A DNA stretch of 34,198 nucleotides from an uncultured Thermotogaceae bacterium (GTDB lineage: Bacteria; Thermotogota; Thermotogae; MWEM01): the NCBI GenBank assembly GCA_964449405.1, contig CAYUYU010000002.1, positions 1 to 34,198 of the forward strand, in the 5' to 3' direction. Both the position numbers and the translations under genes were made by a program. The notes beneath the pieces are model-generated. The model saw only the letters and a list, made by a program, of their open reading frames with translations. It was not told the DNA's origin and ran no database searches. Positions 22,903 through 31,972 of the stretch are shown here, one piece after another; within the stretch, counting starts at the first letter, position 1; each line of letters opens with the position of its first letter.

Positions 22903-23023
22903 TCTCTCGTATGTTAAGGATTATTAAACAGTCAAATTTTCTTTTCCGTTGAGTGAAAGTATTCTTAAAAGACGCTAAAAAATAGCATTTGGGCTAATTG
23001 ATGGCGGATAAAAGCGGATAGAG

Positions 23024-23278
23024 GTGGAAGAATTGAATTCAAAGCTTCTTGGATTGGATATTTTTTATGATGTTCATGCTACAAACAGGTCTGTTGAAAG
23101 AGAAATTGATTTAATTGATGTGAAACGGATTATTGATGATCCCACAACTCAATGCCGGGTTCAAAAGAACGGTCGCCTTAAATTTACAAATTCCGGAACA
23201 GTAGTTATTGGGCAAGTTAGAAACGCCGGTTTATGGATTAAAACGGTCTATTGTTCAAAGGGAAAGGAGAGACGATGA
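23024..23278 (+). CDS. small DUF4258-like protein (RelE-like toxin-type fold family); tentative
   Basis: DVHATNRSVEREIDLIDVKRII...GTVVIGQVRNAGLWIKTVY fits my recollection of the DUF4258 pattern (HA..R...R.I....v..vl ... vV.....iiT.Y). The start is either GTG 23024 or TTG 23033 (GAGGTG at 23021-23026). The TGA stop overlaps the next ATG. Confidence 0.5.
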   Translation: MEELNSKLLGLDIFYDVHATNRSVEREIDLIDVKRIIDDPTTQCRVQKNGRLKFTNSGTVVIGQVRNAGLWIKTVYCSKGKERR

Positions 23279-26130
23279 AACATATCTTAATCATCTTATT
23301 TATGAGTTGCATGATCACTGCTGGTTTTACACACACATTGCAGGAAATAGGAGAGAGGCCATACAAAATACTCGCCCATTCCTCTGAATTGGATGAGCAG
23401 CAAGTGCGTGATGTCTTAGAAGAAGCACCTTACAAACGGTTATTTTTAATGGATTTTGAAGACCGAAAGGTTTGTGCTTTACTGTTTGAAGATCACACAA
23501 TATCTACCTATCATGTGAAGGATTTTGAATTGATCAACGACCTGGAATCTGAAAAGGCTGTTAGGGTCTATTTGCAAATTCAACATTCTTTATTTGGAAT
23601 GTCTGATGTACTGAAAAAATTTTCATATAACACGCTGTTATTGGATGATATGAGTTATATCGATTATTTTCTTAAAAATCTTTTTGCGTTAATGAATGCA
23701 AAAAACAAAAACTTCAAATCAAGAGCGAAATCCGATGTTGTTACCGATTTTCTAAATGATTTGAATCTTATGATGAACCTTTTTTCAAATAACTTTGAAC
23801 GGTTTCTTTACAAAAAAGAGATTGACATCAATCCCACCGTTTATGAAGAGGCAAAAGACAAGATTTTTACCAAAGCTTATGATGTCATCATACAAGAAAT
23901 TAAAAAATATCATTCACAGATTGAATTGACATCTCTGCTGTTATTATACAAAGACTTTCAGAAAGAGATTTACGAGAAAAGTGGAATCAGTTTTTCTTCT
24001 TCCCCCTGGCAAGCCTATTTCAGTGATAATGCCATAGAGAATGCCTGCTGCCTTCAAATCAGCTTAGGTTTTTTGGAATATACCGCAAAACTGATCAATG
24101 AAGATTTAAAAAAGTTAAACCAGGACTTTTCCAAGAGTTATGGGGTCATGAATATTACCTCTTTAAAGACATTGCTGGGAAAATATACCGTATTTGAAAT
24201 GATTGCTTTACAAATCTTAGAACATTTGAGGAGCAGTGGAACTCAGGAAGCCAAAAAACAAATATTAAGCGTTTTAATCAACAGAAATCAAGATTATCAA
24301 AATGTTGATGCCTATTTGGAGCGTATCATCAGGCAATTAGAAATTGATGTGAGTTCTTCAGCAGCTTTGGTTTCCTCTCAAAAAAATGGTTATCAGATGT
24401 ATAATGCGTTAAAAAAAACCGGTAAACAAATCTTGACAAGCATAACAGAGGGTCTCTTAAAAAAAACCTATCAAAATATTGAGCTCATCAAACCACTGGG
24501 GATTGATCAAACAAATGTTCACTTTGCTGTGGTGGATACCAAGGTGAGTCTTTCATCTGACCATGAAGAACAATTTACCAAAGTTTATCCTGTATTTCCA
24601 GTAGAAACGGGTAAAGACAAGGCCATTATTCTTTTGGATTTTTTTCACACTGCAGCCAATCATTTAACCAGAACGATTTTACTCGCGTTGAGAACGATCA
24701 TATTAAACGGGTTTAGTATCAAAGAGCTGGAAGCAGAAATCAATGCTGAAAACGTCACGGTTGAGATTAAAGAATATTTGAGAATGGAGCCATTTCATGA
24801 GTTATATCAAATGAACCCAACCGGTAACAGACGAATGAAGACACAAATAGAGAACTCCAATATTGGTTATTTGGCTCTTGATGATCTGTTTGCAGGTAAT
24901 ATACCCAAAGTGATTTTAAATGAGATCGAAAAAAGCCCATCAACTCTGGCGTACGATTTGGCCAGATATCCTGTGGCGTTTTATTCAAAAGAGAAGGCAT
25001 TTCCTTCAAGCTTAAAAAAAAGCAAGAATGCCGTTATTTTTGTGCACGGTAAACAAAATATCCCTTACTTTGAAGGCAATTCGGATATTCGGTCACAGAT
25101 TGAAGCCGTTTGGAGAAATGAGGCAAGAATGGATGTCTGGAATGGTTTTTATGAGTACGTGAACGAACACCCCGATGTGTTTGTTGATTATGATTTTTAC
25201 GAGTTCACTTATGATACATCGGTTCTTGATGCGCAAGGATACGGAAGAATCCTTTCTGAGATTTTGATTGACAATTCCATACACACCACCTATGACGACA
25301 TTCATATGATTGCATCCAGTATGGGCGGACTTGTGTCAAGATATTGCCTGAATCATGAATACCAGCCTACAAATAGCAAAAAGATTGTACATTTTGGTGA
25401 TTATGTCAAAGAATTGATCACGCTTGACACGCCTCATTTGGGAACGATTGCCCAAAATTTCATCTTGAGCATCAATCCCGACTTGATGGAAGCTGTCTTA
25501 AAGGTCAAATCCGATAATCCGCCTAATATGGAACTGACCTTGGGGAACTTTATTGCATCCTTTGTCAACGGAACAGAGGCTGAAAAAAGTGCTGAGTTGA
25601 TGATTTATTTTGCGAGAAATCACCCTGAAATGGTGGGCAAGTTATTTACTGAGATGTTACGGTTCCTTGATCCTTTTCCGGGCGGGATGTGTATGCTCTA
25701 CTCTCCAAAGGATTACTGTGAATCTCTCGGGATTTATCTGTATTATGAGACGAAGGATCCCGATTATGAGGCTGTTTTTGTCAGCAATCCTCCCACCAAT
25801 CAGCTGAATGAACAAGATGCCTATCTCGATAAACTATATCTCATTTCAGCAGAATTAACGGAACAATCGACGTCTATCACCCAGGGATTGGCCATAACCT
25901 ACAATCTGATGGATATCATCGGAGAAAAACTGTCCCATCAAACCATGGATAACCTTTCCCGTCACGGAAGAAACGATGGTGTTGTCAATCTGTATTCTCA
26001 ACAGATGTGGGGAATCGACAAAGGCCAGCAAAGACATCACTTTATGGATCTTGATCATTTGGCCGTTCCAAGGAGCTCCCATGTGATTGAGTTTATCATG
26101 ACAGAGATCATTCTAAAAAGAAATCAATAA
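23275..26130 (+). CDS. 951-aa exported or anchored protein: ~570-aa unknown N-terminal region plus a C-terminal alpha/beta-hydrolase (lipase/esterase, PGAP1-like/LipA-like)
   Basis: Start at ATG 23275 (AAGGAGAG upstream) gives the signal/anchor MKHILIILFMSCMITAGF. Hydrolase motifs: VIFVHGKQN, nucleophile elbow IASSMGGLVSRY (AxSxG), LITLDTPHLGT, RNDGVVN and DLDHLAV. Confidence 0.75.
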   Translation: MKHILIILFMSCMITAGFTHTLQEIGERPYKILAHSSELDEQQVRDVLEEAPYKRLFLMDFEDRKVCALLFEDHTISTYHVKDFELINDLESEKAVRVYLQIQHSLFGMSDVLKKFSYNTLLLDDMSYIDYFLKNLFALMNAKNKNFKSRAKSDVVTDFLNDLNLMMNLFSNNFERFLYKKEIDINPTVYEEAKDKIFTKAYDVIIQEIKKYHSQIELTSLLLLYKDFQKEIYEKSGISFSSSPWQAYFSDNAIENACCLQISLGFLEYTAKLINEDLKKLNQDFSKSYGVMNITSLKTLLGKYTVFEMIALQILEHLRSSGTQEAKKQILSVLINRNQDYQNVDAYLERIIRQLEIDVSSSAALVSSQKNGYQMYNALKKTGKQILTSITEGLLKKTYQNIELIKPLGIDQTNVHFAVVDTKVSLSSDHEEQFTKVYPVFPVETGKDKAIILLDFFHTAANHLTRTILLALRTIILNGFSIKELEAEINAENVTVEIKEYLRMEPFHELYQMNPTGNRRMKTQIENSNIGYLALDDLFAGNIPKVILNEIEKSPSTLAYDLARYPVAFYSKEKAFPSSLKKSKNAVIFVHGKQNIPYFEGNSDIRSQIEAVWRNEARMDVWNGFYEYVNEHPDVFVDYDFYEFTYDTSVLDAQGYGRILSEILIDNSIHTTYDDIHMIASSMGGLVSRYCLNHEYQPTNSKKIVHFGDYVKELITLDTPHLGTIAQNFILSINPDLMEAVLKVKSDNPPNMELTLGNFIASFVNGTEAEKSAELMIYFARNHPEMVGKLFTEMLRFLDPFPGGMCMLYSPKDYCESLGIYLYYETKDPDYEAVFVSNPPTNQLNEQDAYLDKLYLISAELTEQSTSITQGLAITYNLMDIIGEKLSHQTMDNLSRHGRNDGVVNLYSQQMWGIDKGQQRHHFMDLDHLAVPRSSHVIEFIMTEIILKRNQ

Positions 26131-26144
26131 ACAGGGAGGGTTCA

Positions 26145-27713
26145 ATGCAGCCGATCAATATCGCATACGAAATCGAGAGACTCATTGATTATGCAAAAAG
26201 AAGACAGTTGATAAAGACTACCAATGGACAAGAAGCGAAACTGGAAACCATTTATCTGAGAAACAGGTTGATGGCTCAACTGAATGTGGATACACCTTTT
26301 AAAGGAGATTTATCAAAAGGGGATTCCAATCTTCATGAGATACTCGACAATATCTTGAAATACGCTGTCAGCACCAATATTATAGAGGACACAACAACAC
26401 AAAAGGATTTATTTGACACGAAGATTATGGGTTTTTTAACCCCTTTTCCTTCAGCTGTTATCGGGCATTTTGACAAATTGATGAATTCAAAAGGGGAGAA
26501 GGTTGCTACGGATTATTTTTACACCTTGAATCAGGATGTTAACTATATTAGAATGGACAGAATTCAAAAGAACCGACATTGGACGGTGGAAACTGAATAT
26601 GGTGAAATACAAATCACAATCAATCTTTCCAAACCTGAAAAGGATCCACTGGAACTGAAAAAGGCATTAAATACCCCTTCCACAAGTTATCCGAAATGTG
26701 TTTTATGTATTGAAAACATGGGATTTCAAGGGAATGCAAAAAAGCCGGCCAGACAAAATCACCGTTTGATTCCCGTTGAGCTTTGTCATGAAAACTGGTA
26801 TTTCCAGTATTCACCATACGTCTATTATAATGAACATTGTATTCTCATTTACGAGACGCATAAACCCATGCATATTTGCAAGAAAACATTTGAACGTTTA
26901 TTTCAGTTTTTGGACAAATTTCCTCATTATTTTATCGGTTCAAACACGGACTTGCCTATCGTTGGCGGCTCGATATTGGAACATGAGCATTATCAGGGCG
27001 GTCGATACCAAATGCCAATGGTAGATGCTCGTATTGAGAGTGAATACGATGTGGGTGTTTCAACAGTAAAGGCTGGTATTCTTCACTGGCCTCTCTCGTG
27101 TATACGAATGTGTTCTGCGGATAAAACGGCTCTTGTCAACTTGTCTGAGAAAATACTCAATTATTGGAGAAGTTATTCCGATAAAAAAGCGGCAATTTTG
27201 CATGAAATCACTGAAGACGGGAAAAAAACACCGCACAATACCATCACCCCGATTACTCGAATCAACAAGAATGGCTAATACGAGATCGATGTGGTATTAA
27301 GAAACAACCGAACCACTAAAGAATTCCCAAGGGGGTTATTTCACCCGCATCCGGACCTTCATCATATAAAAAAAGAAAACATAGGATTGATTGAAGTCAT
27401 GGGATTGGCCATATTGCCGGGCAGACTTGAGAGAGAAATAGAAGCCATTGGAGATTATCTCACGGATAAACAGGATATGGGGGAATTGGAAACAATTGAT
27501 GAGAACCATCCGCTTTACAAACATAAAAACTGGATATACGAGATGAAGAATAACTTGACTTGGTCGGAAAATACAGTTACGGAGCAGATACGAACTGAAA
27601 TTGGCAAGCGGTTTACCAGAGTTCTTGAAGATGCCGGTGTCTATAAAAACAATCAAAATGGTAAAGAGGCGTTTCACAGATTCATGGTTTCATGTGGCTT
27701 TAAATTAAAATAA
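26145..27713 (+). pseudogene. galT: galactose-1-phosphate uridylyltransferase, type 2 (GalT), interrupted by one in-frame TAA at 27276-27278
   Basis: ORFs 26145-27278 and 27291-27713 are in the same frame. Reading through the stop gives ...[64 protein letters not shown], which is contiguous type-2 GalT sequence. The active-site EHEHYQGG lies in the first piece. Confidence 0.75.
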
Positions 27714-27725
27714 GGGGACCTCATT

Positions 27726-30572
27726 TTGACGGGCGTTGAAAAATGGGATGCTTATCAAGTAAAAATCAGTATCATTATGGGATTAATCGGATTTTTGATT
27801 AATCTGATTCCCATTGATGTTTCCTTTAACGCCATCAATTTTTCTGTTATACCAGGCATTTTTACCGCCTTTTTTATCGCCCAAATTTGGGGATTAAGAT
27901 ATGGGCTCCTAACAGCCCTATGCGGTAGTACGCAGACAATGTGGTTGATTTGGCAGTCTGATGGATACGGTATCTTTTATTCCGTTCCCATTTACACCAT
28001 TTGGATTATCTGGCATGGCTTTATGGCCGATAAACGTCGTGCCGGAGCAACGCCTCGTTTTCTGTATAATAAATACATTCAAGAGGGCATTGTCAGAACA
28101 TTGATTGAGATTGGTTTCTGGATTCTCTTTCCCCTTTTGGTTTCGTTCAATCCTCCCCCCTGGACAGATGCCCCAAGGACTGTCAGCAACGATTTCCTTA
28201 TTGCCATTGGCATAAAACATACAGCTGTCGCTTTTGTTATGATGATTCTGACAGATGTGTTAACCGGCCTATCTTTTGTGAGAAAGGTGTTCCGATTGAA
28301 GCAGAAAGAGGAGTCCCGATTTTTTCTCATTCCGTTGGTTATTCTCTGGAGTGTTTTGTTCTGGCTTTTTGATGCGAGCATGACCAAAATCTATTTTACG
28401 AAAATACAACAATTCTTTGCAACTACCCCACCCCTTTCCACTGTGGAACTGATGTTTATCAAATATCCCTTATCGAATTTTTTTAACAGAATTTTTTTTG
28501 CCCTCTTTATGATAGCTGCAGCTCTGGTCATATTTGATTTTTATCGTAAAGAGAAACGAAAGGATATTACCTTTCGAAAGATCTTTGAAAAATCGAAGGA
28601 TATGATCTTTCTACTAACATCGACGGGTAAAATATACAAGATGAATAAAGCCAGTGAGAATTTGCTGGAACAAGGACAAAATGCGGAAAAAATTGATGAA
28701 ATACTTCTTCCGGATTCAACCATAGACATCGGTCAGCTGATGATGGGGCGTGATGGTGAAGCACGATTTCTCGCAAAGTCGATTGCAAACCCCGATCAGA
28801 CTTTTGATTGTGTCACAAGCTGCATTGAAAGAGAAAAAGATGAATATCTATTGATGGCCAGAGATATCACCAAGTCTTTGAAGATGAACGAGAAGCTGAA
28901 AACACTGAATGAAAATCTTCTATCCAGTTATGAGGAGCTGGAAAGTTCTTATGAGGAGATTGAACAAAACAACCTCATCCTTGAGAATCAAAATCACATC
29001 ATCGAACAAAATCGTTTAAAACTGGAAAAGGCTTTAGAAGAGATTAAACATTCGCAAGAGCGCTATGAAAGCCTTTACAAATCCAATGAACACATTATGC
29101 AGTCAATTCCTGAAATGATCGTTCGCTTTACCAAAAAGGGAGACATCATCTGGATGAATAAAGCCTTTCAACAGGCTTTTGAATTGAGTAAAGAGCACTA
29201 CAACATCGGAGAGATTAAGGTAAATAACAAACCCTTGTTAAGCGAAAAGACCTTTCAACGTATCTGGACTTCGGACAAAAACAAAAAATTTACTTTGCAT
29301 CTTAGCGAGGATTTGATTTTAAATGTTGTAACCGTTCCGGCTGTGAAAGAAAAAGAAATCATCATGATTATGCTTGATATCACAAAGATCAGAATGCGTG
29401 AAGAATATTTCAAAAATGCCAAAAAGTCTGCTGATGAGGCCGCTGCTTTGAAAGATGAATTTATTGCCAAGATCAGCCATGAATTAAGAACTCCCATGAA
29501 CGGCATTGTGACGGCCGTGAATCTGATGCATGACAGTCAAGCCTCTAGAGATCGGGAGACAGAGGAATATCTCTCCATTATTGAGACCTCTTCAAAAAGA
29601 CTGATGACCACCATCAACGAATTGCTTGATATTAGCAAACTGGAAAAGGGAAATGAAGAAATTAAGATAGAGCACATCGACCTTTACAACTTGTTAGAGG
29701 GAGTAAAAAGCGAATTTGGGGTTTTGGCAAAACATAAACATTTGAATTTTAGTACAGCCATTGAAGGTGATGTTCCTCGCTACTGCTATTCAGATCAAGA
29801 AAAGCTGAATCACATCCTCTCGAATTTAATCTTTAATGCCATAAAATTTACCGTGGAAGGTTTTGTTAAACTACTCATTAAAGGAAGGAGAATTGATTCA
29901 GTTCGGTATGAACTAACGTTCTTTGTAATGGATTCGGGTATTGGTATACCAGAGGAAAAACAAGAGATAGTATTTGATAAATTTTCACAAGTGGATAATT
30001 CCTATACACGTGAGTTTGAGGGAACTGGACTTGGCCTTGCAATCAGTCAGGGGGTTGCCAAAGTACTCAATTCAAAGATAAAGTTGCAAAGCGCACCGGG
30101 AAAGGGAACCACTTTTTATTTTAGTGTGATTGTTAAAGAAGCGCAACCTTTATTAAAGCAACCCATTGATCAGTCATTCGAAGTGGGGTTGGAGAAATTA
30201 AAATCTAAACAGCCTTTGGTTTATTTGGCAGAGGATGACCCAATCAACGCAAAATTATTATCTAAGGTTCTGATGAGGTTCGGTTGTGATGTTAAGACAC
30301 ATGATAACGCCTTAGAACTTTTAAAATCAATAAAAAAACATATACCTGATATTGTTTTAATGGATATTCAAATGCCTGATATGAATGGTATAGAAGCCAC
30401 AAAAAGAATAAGAGAGAATTCAGTCACTCAAGATATACCCGTTATCGCCTTAAGTGCACATGTTTTTAAAAGAGAAAGAGATAGATCGTTTAAAAGTGGC
30501 ATTAATGATTACCTTACCAAACCCATTGATCAAAAACTTCTGCTGGAGAGTCTCCTTAAAAATCTCGAATAG
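27726..30572 (+). CDS. hybrid sensor histidine kinase (multi-TM N-terminal sensor, PAS-like regions, coiled coil, HisKA, HATPase_c, receiver)
   Basis: About 280 aa with 7-8 hydrophobic helices. H-box FIAKISHELRTPMNGI, N-box NLIFNAIKFT, G1 MDSGIGI, G2 GTGLGLAIS. Receiver domain: LAEDDPINAKLL, VLMDIQMPDMNG and DYLTKP. TTG start at 27726, 7 nt after AAGGGGA. Confidence 0.9.
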   Translation: MTGVEKWDAYQVKISIIMGLIGFLINLIPIDVSFNAINFSVIPGIFTAFFIAQIWGLRYGLLTALCGSTQTMWLIWQSDGYGIFYSVPIYTIWIIWHGFMADKRRAGATPRFLYNKYIQEGIVRTLIEIGFWILFPLLVSFNPPPWTDAPRTVSNDFLIAIGIKHTAVAFVMMILTDVLTGLSFVRKVFRLKQKEESRFFLIPLVILWSVLFWLFDASMTKIYFTKIQQFFATTPPLSTVELMFIKYPLSNFFNRIFFALFMIAAALVIFDFYRKEKRKDITFRKIFEKSKDMIFLLTSTGKIYKMNKASENLLEQGQNAEKIDEILLPDSTIDIGQLMMGRDGEARFLAKSIANPDQTFDCVTSCIEREKDEYLLMARDITKSLKMNEKLKTLNENLLSSYEELESSYEEIEQNNLILENQNHIIEQNRLKLEKALEEIKHSQERYESLYKSNEHIMQSIPEMIVRFTKKGDIIWMNKAFQQAFELSKEHYNIGEIKVNNKPLLSEKTFQRIWTSDKNKKFTLHLSEDLILNVVTVPAVKEKEIIMIMLDITKIRMREEYFKNAKKSADEAAALKDEFIAKISHELRTPMNGIVTAVNLMHDSQASRDRETEEYLSIIETSSKRLMTTINELLDISKLEKGNEEIKIEHIDLYNLLEGVKSEFGVLAKHKHLNFSTAIEGDVPRYCYSDQEKLNHILSNLIFNAIKFTVEGFVKLLIKGRRIDSVRYELTFFVMDSGIGIPEEKQEIVFDKFSQVDNSYTREFEGTGLGLAISQGVAKVLNSKIKLQSAPGKGTTFYFSVIVKEAQPLLKQPIDQSFEVGLEKLKSKQPLVYLAEDDPINAKLLSKVLMRFGCDVKTHDNALELLKSIKKHIPDIVLMDIQMPDMNGIEATKRIRENSVTQDIPVIALSAHVFKRERDRSFKSGINDYLTKPIDQKLLLESLLKNLE

Positions 30573-30586
30573 TCCCTTTTTTATTA

Positions 30587-30595
30587 TGCTATAAT
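30587..30595 (+). promoter_or_regulatory. candidate extended -10 promoter (TGcTATAAT) for frr-uppS-cdsA-alaS
   Basis: TG at 30587-30588 and TATAAT at 30590-30595, about 55 nt upstream of the frr ATG, in the 78-nt gap after the kinase gene. Confidence 0.45.
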
Positions 30596-30650
30596 ACGTT
30601 TTGTAAAAGAAAGTCTTATCAAAAACTAACGGAAAGAAAGGAGATTGAAC

Positions 30651-31202
30651 ATGGACAAACATTTGAGCGGAGCAAAATCAAAAATGGAAAAAAGTGTTGA
30701 ATCAATAGCGAATGAGTTAAAACACATTCGAACGGGGAGGCCAAGTGCGGCTCTTTTAGAGGAGATTACCGCAGATTATTACGATACCCCAACACCCATT
30801 CCACAACTTGCAAGTGTTTCCGTTGCTGAAAGGTCTCTTGTGATTAAACCTTGGGACAAATCAGTTTTGAAGGTTATTGAAAAGGCAATTTTGGCATCTC
30901 AATTGGGCTTGACTCCTATTAACGACGGAACCAGCATCCGGTTGAATTTTCCACCTCCAACAGGAGAACAAAGAAAAAAGCTGGTAAAAATGGTTCACGA
31001 TATTATTGAACAGGGGAAAATCTCAATAAGGAACATCAGACGAGATGCTATAAAAGACGTAAAGGAAGAGCAAAAGGCTGGAGACATCCCAGAAGATGCA
31101 GCATACAGGCTTGAAGAAAAGATACAGGAACTGACCGATGAATATGTCGGCAAAATGGATGAACTCTTTAAAGATAAAGAATCAGAAATCATGGAAGTCT
31201 AA
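30651..31202 (+). CDS. frr: ribosome recycling factor
   Basis: [48 protein letters not shown] is the RRF signature. ATG 30651 (7 nt after AAAGGAG) is preferred over the TTG at 30645. Confidence 0.95.
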   Translation: MDKHLSGAKSKMEKSVESIANELKHIRTGRPSAALLEEITADYYDTPTPIPQLASVSVAERSLVIKPWDKSVLKVIEKAILASQLGLTPINDGTSIRLNFPPPTGEQRKKLVKMVHDIIEQGKISIRNIRRDAIKDVKEEQKAGDIPEDAAYRLEEKIQELTDEYVGKMDELFKDKESEIMEV

Positions 31203-31939
31203 TGAAGGAAGAATCATCAAAGGAAAGGAAACTAAAAATCCCCACTCACGTCGCCTTTATTATGGATGGAAATGGCAGATGGGCGAATAACAAAGGTCTT
31301 GAAAGATCGGAAGGACATGCGGCCGGTGCCGATGTGGCTGAAAAGATGGTAAGATTTTGCAATGATATCGGGATTAAATATTGCACGTTATTCGCCTTTT
31401 CAACCGAGAATTGGAAGCGACCAGGAGAAGAAGTTCAGTTTTTATTTCAAACGTTAATTTATTATTTGGGGAAAAAATCCCCTGAAATGATAGAAAAAGG
31501 CGTTAGAATCCGTTTTACCGGTCATATTGAATCACTTCCCCAGGATGCTTGTGAATGTGCAAGAGACATTGAAAACAGATCCAAACATTGTCAAAATTTT
31601 CAAATGATCATTGCTCTCAATTATGGAGGAAGGCAAGAAATATGGGATGGGATATTGCGCCTGTTCAAAGACTTTGAAAGAGGTGAATTAAGGGAAGATG
31701 ATTTAACAAACGATAGACCGGAACGGTTTAGAAGATATTTAAACCTTCCGGATGTACCGGATCCCGATTTACTGATCAGAACGGGGGGAGAGATGAGAAT
31801 CAGCAACTTTCTCCTCTGGCAGTTAGCCTATTCAGAGTTGATTTTTACCGATACCATGTGGCCCGATTTAGACCGTGAGTCTTTCTTGAAGCTCTTGGAA
31901 GAATATTCCAAACGAGAAAGGCGCTTTGGTGGTTTGTGA
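31202..31939 (+). CDS. uppS: isoprenyl transferase (undecaprenyl diphosphate synthase)
   Basis: HVAFIMDGNGRWA, FAFSTENWKRP and RISNFLLWQLAYSEL. The start overlaps the frr stop (TAATG). Confidence 0.95.
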   Translation: MKEESSKERKLKIPTHVAFIMDGNGRWANNKGLERSEGHAAGADVAEKMVRFCNDIGIKYCTLFAFSTENWKRPGEEVQFLFQTLIYYLGKKSPEMIEKGVRIRFTGHIESLPQDACECARDIENRSKHCQNFQMIIALNYGGRQEIWDGILRLFKDFERGELREDDLTNDRPERFRRYLNLPDVPDPDLLIRTGGEMRISNFLLWQLAYSELIFTDTMWPDLDRESFLKLLEEYSKRERRFGGL

Positions 31940-31972
31940 GCGTATCAATAAAGTTCTTCAGTTCTGATATAT

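Noticed and set aside
22794-23023. Possible replication origin at the strand-switch point
   Set aside because: Gene orientation diverges here as it does at an oriC. However, there is no dnaA or dnaN nearby, no cluster of TTATCCACA-like boxes (only two GCGGATA copies), and no long AT-rich unwinding element. The region is only 230 bp and is filled by two promoters. Whole-replicon GC skew would be needed to decide.
23251-23274. Longer N-terminal extensions offered by the ORF track (23251 for the lipase-like gene, 22844 for the metallophosphoesterase, 9972 for flaG, 1654 for yraN, 30645 for frr)
   Set aside because: In each case an internal ATG is preceded by a good SD at proper spacing. That ATG yields a sensible N-terminus (a signal peptide, or the conserved family start). 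The longer version lacks an SD or runs deep into the neighbouring gene.
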